A stretch of DNA of 63,884 nt, counting the filler, from Octopus bimaculoides (lineage: Eukaryota), in assembly GCF_001194135.2 (NCBI RefSeq). It is 5 parts of 4 records of this genome, joined end to end, with 100 filler letters (N's around TTAATTAATTAA, not from the genome) between each part and the next. Parts side by side here need not be neighbours in the genome. Positions count along the whole stretch, not along the records: positions 46,198 to 54,405 come from NC_068989.1; positions 54,506 to 61,898 come from NC_068984.1; positions 61,999 to 63,884 come from NC_068985.1; 2 more parts are not named here. One strand, 5' to 3'. The notes under the pieces were generated by a model that was not told the DNA's origin, searched no databases, and saw nothing but the letters and a program-made list of their open reading frames with translations. The position numbers and the translations under genes are program-made. Positions 53,313 to 63,884 of the stretch are shown piece after piece (position 1 is the stretch's first letter; each line of letters opens with the position of its first letter).

Positions 53313-55275
53313 CTGCAATAGTATTCAACAAATAAATTATTGATTTTTCTTTTACACAGACACAAGTACTTGATGTTTATAAAAGGCTGACAAGAGAAAT
53401 GAAGTCAAACAACTGGGAATGAAAGGCTGCATTATTTACTTCACTCTGCGAAAGGTTATTTCTTGTTGCTCTACAACATTAAAGAGACTGACAGAGAACC
53501 ACAGTAGAAACTATATCTAACATTTCCTCAAAGACAATAAAATCTGTTCTGGCCACGGTGTTTTACATCAAATTACACCAAAATCAATTTTGCTTTCGAT
53601 ATTTTAAAGGTTGATAAAATATAGCATCATTCCTCTACAACAGACTGGAAGAATTTCAGATTGTTAGATGAGATGCTTTGTGAGATTAATTTATGCTTTC
53701 TGCACTTTGAGTTCTTAGATGAAGTGGTTTAACACCACCATCATCTGGTTCTGGGATTTCTTAAGTGGAGTTAATTCTGTTACAAGCATTTTTTCCAGTT
53801 TTCCAATTTAAGAAAATTTACCCTCTTCTTTGCTAGCTTAGGTAGGAAGGTTTGACAGGTTCCAACAGATTCAAGGATTGTATAGTATTCCGATGTCTGC
53901 CTTTGCATGGTTTGTACAGTTGCATGCTCATCCTAATGTTTTTGAGGGAAAATTGGCTGCTGTATCCAGCAAGCCGAATGATCACGTGGATGTGTCTTCA
54001 CTGAGTTGTCAGAATTGTTATTGATGCTATTGAGAAGTCCCGGCCAATTCTTTAGATCTATGGATTCGAGGTAACCAATAAATGACTAAAGCGTGAATAA
54101 ATAAGACCACACATTCAAGACACTCATCTGGTTCTGTATGGTAGTGAAATATACATTATCATCGGATAGGTTTCCTTTGATTTGACTAAGGAGCTTCTGT
54201 ATAATGGGTTGACTTGATAAATAAAACAGGAATATTCTTCCACACACAATTTCTTGACATGGGTCAGCAAACTTCAAGTCTTAAATCTAAGAAAACCATA
54301 ACCTCAGTCGTCAGTTTCGTTTTAATGTCCACTATTTTATGCTCCCGTGAGTCAGGCAAATGGTTGATGTTGATATTATTTGGCTGGATGCCTTTACTTC
54401 CACCGNNNNNNNNNNNNNNNNNNNNNNNNNNNNNNNNNNNNNNNNNNNNTTAATTAATTAANNNNNNNNNNNNNNNNNNNNNNNNNNNNNNNNNNNNNNN
54501 NNNNNATATATATACGAATATGTATATATATATATATATATAGTTTCGATTAGAAGTTGTGTTGGTCTCATGAACGGATGGTTTCATGCAAGCAAATACT
54601 GGCTCAATACCTAGTAATTTGGGGGAATTAGTTTCCTTAAAATAATGAGTACATATATAAAAAATATAGTTAATATTCATGTAAAAGAAGAAAAAGAAAA
54701 TGGAGATTGGGAAGTTAATAATTGTTTATTATTAACAGCAAATTAATCATCTTCTCTTACAGTTATTTCAAATAATAATTAGTAAATATCAAGTAAATAT
54801 TAAGTAAATATTCAGTCTGCGATAATGAATCCATAAACACTTATAAAGCATCCAAGGGTATATTCTTTTCCCTCTGAAGATATTACGCTCAGGTAATATA
54901 TAATAATTTAATATTTACTTAATATTTAAGTATTATTAATTTAAACAGCTGTAAGTGAAGATAATTAATTTGCTTTTAATAATAAGCTATTATTTACTTC
55001 CCAACCTCCCTTTCCTTTTTCTTCTTCTTATATATATATACATATATGACACCTTTATAAAAATGGGTAATTTAGCTGTTCTCCGTAGACTGAAAAAAAT
55101 GATGAACACTCTTAATCGGGTTTCTCATCCGAGGCATCTACATCAATTTGATTTATCCCAGGGAAACAAGTAACAAATTTGTTTATATGCTTAATAATAT
55201 TTATATACATTTGTGTATATACATATATGTGTGTGTATGTGTATATATATGTGTGTGTATGTGTATATATATATG

Positions 55276-55328
<53 letters not shown>

Positions 55329-56712
55329 NNNNNNNNNNNNNNNNNNNNNNNNNNNNNNNNNNNNNNNNNNNNNNNNNNNNNNNNNNNNNNNNNNNNNNNN
55401 NNNNNNNNNNNNNNNNNNNNNNNNNNNNNNNNNNNNNNNNNNNNNNNNNNNNNNNNNNNNNNNNNNNNNNNNNNNNNNNNNNNNNNNNNNNNNNNNNNNN
55501 NNNNNNNNNNNNNNNNNNNNNNNNNNNNNNNNNNNNNNNNNNNNNNNNNNNNNNNNNNNNNNNNNNNNNNNNNNNNNNNNNNNNNNNNNNNNNNNNNNNN
55601 NNNNNNNNNNNNNNNNNNNNNNNNNNNNNNNNNNNNNNNNNNNNNNNNNNNNNNNNNNNNNNNNNNNNNNNNNNNNNNNNNNNNNNNNNNNNNNNNNNNN
55701 NNNNNNNNNNNNNNNNNNNNNNNNNNNNNNNNNNNNNNNNNNNNNNNNNNNNNNNNNNNNNNNNNNNNNNNNNNNNNNNNNNNNNNNNNNNNNNNNNNNN
55801 NNNNNNNNNNNNNNNNNNNNNNNNNNNNNNNNNNNNNNNNNNNNNNNNNNNNNNNNNNNNNNNNNNNNNNNNNNNNNNNNNNNNNNNNNNNNNNNNNNNN
55901 NNNNNNNNNNNNNNNNNNNNNNNNNNNNNNNNNNNNNNNNNNNNNNNNNNNNNNNNNNNNNNNNNNNNNNNNNNNNNNNNNNNNNNNNNNNNNNNNNNNN
56001 NNNNNNNNNNNNNNNNNNNNNNNNNNNNNNNNNNNNNNNNNNNTATATATATATATATATATATGATCTAAATAATTGTTACTGGATAGACTGATTCTAC
56101 GTATCGCATTGTGAATTTGAGTTGGTCAGTAATTGATGAAATGGGTTAGGAATTTTGCTATAAGCAATCTTCAAGTTGACGGATGGCATTGAGGGAATTA
56201 AAAGTATCATATTACAATCTGAGCATGATCCGTTAAACGTAATTCTTAAGTAGGTTTGCTGAGACACATCCCTTATATACTGGTCAAGTTTTGTTAGTTT
56301 CACTAGATCTCTCTCACTTAAAATCTCCTATAATCCAAGCAGTGCGGAATAATTTTGATAAGTATAGGATGGCGTATAATTTCTCTTTGTCGATCAAATA
56401 TGGTATTGATTGATATGCATATTTACTGCATCGAAAAATTTGGATAGATTTGTTAATCTACCCGAAGCGTGCGTAAGCTGAGTAAAGAATGTATAATTCT
56501 GCATTCTTTTGTCCTTTTCTGCTATTTTTGCGACTTTATACTAAACCTATTCTGGGTGCAAACTTTAGACTTACAAAATCGTCAGGCAACGCAACGTTTA
56601 CGCCCTACGTCCATTAGAGTGGCTTTTACTGGTCAATTTAGTTAGCCATCTTGATCCCTATAGTGTGCTTATAAAGTTTTTGACTGGAATTTTAACTCCT
56701 TTTTCCTTTACG

Positions 56713-56775
<63 letters not shown>

Positions 56776-56901
56776 GCGCGCGTGTGTGTGTGTGTGTGTG
56801 TGTATACAGACACAAACACACGACACGCACGCATATGTATATATGTATATATGTATGTGAGTATATATATACTCATGCATATTTATACGTACATGAGTTT
56901 G

Positions 56902-57007
<106 letters not shown>

Positions 57008-57084
57008 TGTATGTATACATATACACCACCAAACACCCAAAATTGCACCTTTATGAATATGTATTTATGCATGAATGAATCAAC

Positions 57085-57115
<31 letters not shown>

Positions 57116-57943
57116 ACTTATAGCTTACAAACAAAAGAAATTCCTATTGCATCGCATCACGTTTCATAGATTTGAAAATAGATATCAAAATTAAAAAAAA
57201 GATCGATAGACAGAAAGATACATAAATATTAGCTCATGCTGGTTTCTTGCAAATGTTTATTTGCTTTTATTTGAGCAGTTTTTCTTTCTTTATTTTTGTT
57301 TTTGCTTTCTAGTGTGACCTGTTTATGTTTGTATCTTGATATATACTTTCAATGCAAACAGTTCATCACTCAACGACGTGCGTGAGTGCTTACTGTGCCT
57401 GGTGGTGAACTAACTATAAATATATAGGAATAAGAAAAAAATAATATAATATAAACATTGATAATAATAACACACAAAAAAATACTGTTTTATTCTAAGT
57501 TGATATAGTATTTCTGAGTATGTGGATAATGATGAAACAGTGACAATTTTCCTTATTAATTTCAGACATAGATACTAGTTTTATGATATTACGAATGTGA
57601 GGAATTTCTGTGAATGCAAATATTTTGTCGCAATTTAAAGTGACAAGTTTACGATGTAAACCCTAAGACACGCTAAAATGACAAACACGAACGGTTTGTA
57701 AAATCTGAACAAATAGAAATATATTTATATAAAATATCGTTTGATTATTTAGTGCTATTGGATACATGACACAAATGCAATATAACAATATATTTTACAG
57801 TAGACGTTAACGCTCCTTTTATTTTTGTTGTTGTTTTCAGATCGTTTTTAAAGCAGCCATTACCAAGCGCTATTCATGATCTCTGTTGATACAAAAAAAA
57901 AAAAAGAATACTTTTATTCGACCCCCTTTTTTATTTTACCTTG

Positions 57944-57944
<1 letters not shown>

Positions 57945-58018
<74 letters not shown>
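57945..58018. repeat. (TTA)n microsatellite
   Basis: Direct reading. Confidence 0.95.
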
Positions 58019-58140
58019 TAAAGTGTTGTGTGGGGAATAAATGAAATGATGAAATATATTACTGAAAACAGAGTCACTTTCATAAACTAAATATTTGTAA
58101 GGTTACATACTCCAGTGTGAGTATGAATCTTCAGCTTTAC

Positions 58141-58218
58141 CTTGTTATTTTTTTGACAATGTACTGAAGCGTATCTTTAACATATTTCTCTGGTTGAGGC
58201 AAACTTACTGAATAAATC
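58141..58218 (-). CDS. Probable upstream (stem-region) exon of the same gene
   Basis: Acceptor ttattcacatacccttag, donor AAG|gtaaag, 78 nt open phase 2-2. Translates IYSVSLPQPEKYVKDTLQYIVKKIT(R) and joins in frame to FMNQTQ. Sequence conservation is weak. Confidence 0.5.
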
Positions 58219-58633
58219 CTAAGGGTATGTGAATAATGAGGTGATATTGAAAACCAAATAATATGTATTTGCAAATGTAGATTTTAACCATAACATTCTA
58301 CATTAAATCCTACTCATCAAATAAATAACCGAATGATCATATTTGAGTAATATTATAGTTACCAATTTGGTAACAGAAAAGACAAACAGGTCCATTGAGT
58401 GGACTTAGTTAATGCAATTAGCCAGCAAATAGTAGATTCAAGGCTCGAGTCCGACCAAGGAACCTGTCGATGTTTTTCCTCCAACTACTGCTTATAATGC
58501 TCAATATTTCACGATTAAATTCTTAGCAGTTAAATTATTTAAAATTTAATTAATTAGGTTATTTCTTGTCTTAAAGAATAAAATAGGAATCTGACACATC
58601 ATAGTCCGTGTTGGACCTTAATGTATAAAAATA

Positions 58634-58820
58634 CAAACTTGTGACCAGTTCAAAAAATGTTTGAGGGATATTTGAACCCGTAAGAAAGCCATTCATTGTA
58701 TTTTGTCTAGTAGAAAATTTGTTGAGACAGATAGGTGTAAGTACAACCAACCAGTTCGCAGAGCCACATAACCGAACTGTTGAATGCATGTATTTCGGAG
58801 TGGTTATCTCATCTTCAGCA
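58634..58820 (-). CDS. Possible further upstream exon (donor uncertain, end approximate)
   Basis: Strong acceptor cttttccatttgcctttccggtttctag with an open frame from it (AEDEITTPKYMHSTVRL...FFELVTS). Only weak donors and no recognisable motif. Confidence 0.2.
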
Positions 58821-58869
58821 CTAGAAACCGGAAAGGCAAATGGAAAAGCAGATTGTATATAATTCTTTT

Positions 58870-59069
58870 TTCTCTTTTTTCTCAGTCATTTGACTGCAAC
58901 CTTGCTGGAGCACCGCTTTTAGTCGAATTTATTGGCCCCAGGACTTATTCTTTGTAAGCCTAGTACTTATTCCATTGGTCTCTTGGGCCGAAACTCTAAG
59001 TTACAGGGACGTAAACACACCAACTCGGTTGTCAAATCGATGCTAATGGGACAAACAACACAAACACAC

Positions 59070-59124
<55 letters not shown>

Positions 59125-59290
59125 CGACGGGCTTCTTTCAGTTTCTGTTTACCAAATCCACTCACAAGACTTGATTTTGGTCGGCCCGAGGCTATATTAG
59201 CAGACAGTTGCTGAAGGTGCCACGCAGTGAGACTGAACCTAAAACCATGTGGTTAGAAAGCAAGCTTCTTAGCCCACAACCACTCCTGCG
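58870..59290 (-). mobile_element. SINE type A
   Basis: Reverse complement of the consensus. Confidence 0.85.
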
Positions 59291-59584
59291 CCCTCAATAT
59301 TCATAGAGAGTTAAAACTGCTCTTTATACCAATAAATTATACTAAAAATCATTAGATCCTCTCATAGTAATGATTCCGATTCTCTGTGCTATGTGTTCAG
59401 TTTTTACCGAGGTCAGTTTTGTTATTCATCCTTTCGAGGTCGATAAAAGAGTTCCAATCTTAGGAGATGGATTGATGGAGCTTTAAGAATGTCAGATTGG
59501 ATGTTACGTGGTTATTTATTTGTTCTAGCTCGACGCGTTATGATGTGTCAAATTTCACCATGAACTACTTGCATGGTAGACTTA

Positions 59585-59790
59585 ATACGTTATCCAATTT
59601 AACACAATAGCTTGCCATTTCGGTTAATGGAATCGACCCCGTTGCAAACATTCGAGCTGGGTCTCCCAGTTTGAAGACACCGTGACAGACCCACACCCGA
59701 TGGATGGACGTGATTAAGGAAGATCTTTGACGATGCAGAAGGGCTGGCATGGGACCGCCAACGATGGAGGGCATGGTGGACCTTGTGACT
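59585..59790 (+). mobile_element. RTE 3' remnant
   Basis: RPTPRWMDVIKEDL...DRQRWRAW motif, frameshifted. Confidence 0.6.
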
Positions 59791-61703
59791 CTACACACGC
59801 TGACTCCTCTAGGACCTCTAACCTTACATGACTTCAACCCCATCAAACAAAAGCATGAAGTAAGTGAAGAGAAGTGATCCTGATTTCAATTATTAACACA
59901 AGGCCAGAAATTTCGGGGTCGGAGTCTAGTCGATTACATCGACCCTAGTGCTCAACTGGTACTTATTTTATCGACCCCGAAAGGATGAAAGGCAAATCGA
60001 CCTCGGCGGAATTTGAACTCAGAACGTAAAGGTTTCAAGACCAGAAATTTTGAGGAGAGAGACAAATCGATTGCATAGACCCTAGTATTTGATTAGTGCC
60101 TTATTTTAAGGATGAAAGGAAAAGTTACTTCGGCAGGTTCGAACCCAGGACGTAAAGAATCGGAAGAAATGCCGCTAAGCATTTTGCACGACGTGATAAC
60201 AATTCTGCCAGCTCACAGATTTAGCTTACCAGATTTCAATTATTCTACACCAGTAGTTTTGGTAACTTAATATAAGTACGAAGCATATCCCATCGTTTCA
60301 TTTCCTCTGAACTTCTGAAATGAAAACTAATCATTGATATCTAATATCATTTTTCGCCCAAAGCTTATTGTAACTTCCCTTATCATTAACAAATTTCTCG
60401 CTTTCTATAAACAAGATACAGTATAGTTCTTCACGGTTTTATCATTATATACATTATGGCGCTCATAGCAGTTAAATACTAAAATCATTCCGGTGTCTGG
60501 CGCTTACAATAGTGGAAATATCACAAAACTGTCAGAGTTGCTTAAAGATAAAAGAAAATATATTTATTTATTTAGATAACTTCTAAGCCACTATATTAAT
60601 ATTGATAATTACTTATTCGTATTTTGGCTTAGTGCATACTCAGCACTCAGCTCAACATCAGTATTAAGAATGTGCATTAAAATTATTATTCAGTTATAAT
60701 ATATTTCGATAATCTATTTATAGTTTGTAAATAATTACCAGATTTTAAAGCAAAGTTTTCTAAAAGCATATGTACTCTGTTCTCATATATATGCCGTTTT
60801 TTTTTTTACGCGTTCATCTACAAGAGATATTTTCTTAGTTCACTTTGAATTCAATCACTTTTGGATTGCGTTGATAAGGCTGTGTTAACGTGTATATTCG
60901 GATATATTAATTTGACTGTTATTTTCTGTATCTAAATATCTTGACACTACAGAAACGATCGTCAGTATCATATGGTGGAATCACCAATTAAAGATTTGAT
61001 TTTATCCATTCGTATTTTTGTTGCCTTATACTCTGAATTTCTTGAAATTCTTCTAAATGATATTTAAATCTACTTGTTATACCTGAGGAGTTACCTTGGA
61101 AAATTTATTCCACTTGCATTTATTGGTTTCAAATTTTGGCCAGTGGCTTTGGGGCAGGGCTAAGTCTATTATATAGACCCTAGTGTTCAGCTCATTTTAT
61201 CGAGCCTGAAAGGATGAAAGGCAAAGCCGACCTCGGCGGAATTTGAACTCAACGTGAAGACGGACGAAATACCGTTGAGCACTTTACCCGGCGTTGCTAA
61301 CAAATCTGCTAGCTCGCCGCCTTCTACTTGCATTTATTGTTGTTTGACTGTTGGATGTAATTATTCAAATTTGTTTAACACTGAGTGCTTCATTGATATT
61401 TGACTGGATTGTTTAATCCATTTCTCATATTATATGCATTATTAGATATACATGTTTAAAAAAAGGGCCTTTTCTGTACTCATTGTTAGATAAGTTTTTA
61501 TCTTCCTATTCGTACTTCGTTCCAGATTTTGTGTCTGTATATCTGCAAGTCTATGACTCATGTCAAAAATATATTTAATGGCGTATGGGAAAACATGTCC
61601 GATGTCGTGTTTTCCCATACGCCATCAAATATAACAACTGAGAAAAACATTATTTACATTATTTACATTTGACGGATATTTGTCCTCAACTTGTTTGTTG
61701 TTA

Positions 61704-61747
61704 ACACAACGTTTCGGCTGATATATCCTCCAGCCTTCATCAGGTCT
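61704..61747 (-). ncRNA. Minimal type I hammerhead motif with intact core, in a Penelope-type end (~61645-61800)
   Basis: AGAC-CUGAUGA-A-GGCUG(GAGGAUAUAU)CAGCC-GAAA-C-GUU-GUGU; palindrome AACGUU; one stem I mismatch. Confidence 0.65.
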
Positions 61748-61806
61748 CTTCGGGAAATTTCGAACCTGGGTTCTCATTCCTAAGGTATTTTTCGATATTA
61801 TTATTA

Positions 61807-61868
<62 letters not shown>

Positions 61869-62147
61869 GTGGCGGCGCAATGACCCAGAGGCTAGGGCNN
61901 NNNNNNNNNNNNNNNNNNNNNNNNNNNNNNNNNNNNNNNNNNTTAATTAATTAANNNNNNNNNNNNNNNNNNNNNNNNNNNNNNNNNNNNNNNNNNNNAT
62001 ATCATTTTGTTATTTTTCGTGTTTTTATTCAATTTATCTGCAATTTTCTTCTTGTATTAGATGGTTAACCAACCCTCCATTTACAGCAAGTAGCGAGCGT
62101 CTCGTTTTTTACCTGAGTGCTAAATTCGACTACTTACGACTAATGCG

Positions 62148-62159
62148 TGCGCATGCGCA
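62148..62159. promoter_or_regulatory. Perfect NRF1-type palindrome TGCGCATGCGCA, candidate promoter element
   Basis: 12-bp palindrome in a CpG-richer non-repeat patch upstream of the minus-strand gene. Minus-strand donor-like gtaagt (~62132-62137) and cag|gtaaaa (~62112) lie just downstream. Confidence 0.35.
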
Positions 62160-63236
62160 AATTTGTGACATGCACACTCCCAGAACTTGGATCCACACTT
62201 CTCCAGTAGTGCCAAATTTTGGAACTGAGTTTGCACCCCCTAAGCAAATTTTGTTCCCGGGCCACTGACAGTGTTGTATTGCTACTACAGGCATGTTATT
62301 AATAAGTTGCAATCATAAACTATTCCTATTTCCCATTTTTAGCAACCAGTTGTCATAGTTCTATCGATTTTACATGTTTTCTTTATAAACTCAATGCACA
62401 AGTGTCACAGCTCGCTGTCTTTCCATTTCTCTTGATTCAGTGACTGCACATAACACAACTGACACACAAATTATCGATCAAAGTGTACATTTAAAATCAA
62501 TTAGCATATGGACTCCTTTCTTCTGATTATACACAGAAAAATGCATGTAGCACCAATACAAAGGGTCTCCGGCGACCCATATACCAAATGGGTTAATTAG
62601 AGTAAGCTGTGTTCGTGAAATACAGTTGTTCTGAATTTGCAGTAGGAAGAGGTCACTGTTGGTAATGGTGGGTGAGGGTCACTAGGAGTGTCACCTAGGT
62701 CCCAAGGGAGTGACAATCTGAAAAAATTTGGGTATCACTGCCTTAGACGAATGTCCAACACAGAATCAAAGAGACAATAACAAAATCTACCTGTGACACC
62801 TATCCCAATTTGTGTGAATATTACAATGTTGATAAGTAAAGGAAAATAGATGTAATATCATTGCCATGATATTACATCAGTAGTATTCAACCAATAGATT
62901 ACCTTATATATCCAGCTTAAACTTTAGATACCACCTGGCAACGAGGCGGTGAGTAGATGTTTTATATTTAGCTCGGCAAAATTGAACATCGTATTGACAT
63001 TATATTTAATGTGTTGATGTATTTTATGTAATAAACATTACCGCATCTTTCTCACAATAATTAAGATCATTCTCACATATTTGCTACAGAATTACTACTA
63101 ATCAAAAACCATTTTTAATTGTTAACATCTTAATGGATCACTCAAGTACTCCAAATGACCTGGCCTCGTTTTCTTTGTATCGTCCCATTTTGTATTATAT
63201 ATATATATATATATATATAATCATATAAATATACAA

Positions 63237-63276
<40 letters not shown>

Positions 63277-63884
63277 NNNNNNNNNNGATAGTGGATTTTC
63301 ATCGATGAGTTCTTGAAAATTGGTTATTTTCCCTAAAACTATATATATATAAAGCTGTGGTATATTGTCAACTTAATGTGACAATCCCAATAAGGGAATA
63401 CACTACTGCTGTTTAGCCCTACACGTACACACATACACACACGCACACACACCTCTCACATACACAATACTCACTCACATACACAACATGCACACACGCA
63501 CGAAAACATACACAATATACACAGACACGCACGCACAAAAAATATACACACACGCGCACACACACACACACATACAGACACACATAAACACACATGCGCA
63601 TACACACACACGCACCCGTACCTAACACTCACAACCCACACACATCACAATCCCACACACACACCCACACCCACACACACCCACATACACATACACACGC
63701 ACACACACTTCTCATCAACACAACACACTCAGACAGACATGCATACAATCACACACACATGGGCATAAACAACACACGCACATACAATAGCAAACGCACG
63801 CACACACACGTACACAGCAACGCACATATACACAACATACACATACACACAAACACACACGCACGCACAAAAAGATACACACAC

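Noticed and set aside
60230-60314. Exon-like segment with acceptor and gtaagc donor
   Set aside because: Stops in all three frames; could at most be UTR.

Overview
AT-rich, gap-riddled, microsatellite-dense animal genomic DNA. The SINE/LINE content and (TA)/(CA)/(TAGA) density suggest a coleoid cephalopod, probably Octopus (inference). Almost all ORFs in the track are simple-repeat or N artefacts. One real gene was found on the minus strand, a METTL24/Methyltransf_22-like SAM methyltransferase, with exons at 53184-53312 and 48653-48727 and a probable exon at 58141-58218. The 53184-53312 exon, which the ORF track missed, has an in-frame TGA where the family normally has Cys. The rest of the window is transposon debris: three tRNA-derived SINE types; RTE, R4/Dong and Penelope-like retroelements; Tc1, mariner and maT transposases; and several MITEs. 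The most striking unannotated signal is a dense set of minimal type I hammerhead-ribozyme motifs from about 7 sequence families. All have short palindromic stem III segments (the dimer-competent Penelope type), many lie in fold-back structures next to microsatellites, and several are sense-oriented within the gene span. TTAATTAATTAA between N runs and some gap-flanking duplications are assembly artefacts.
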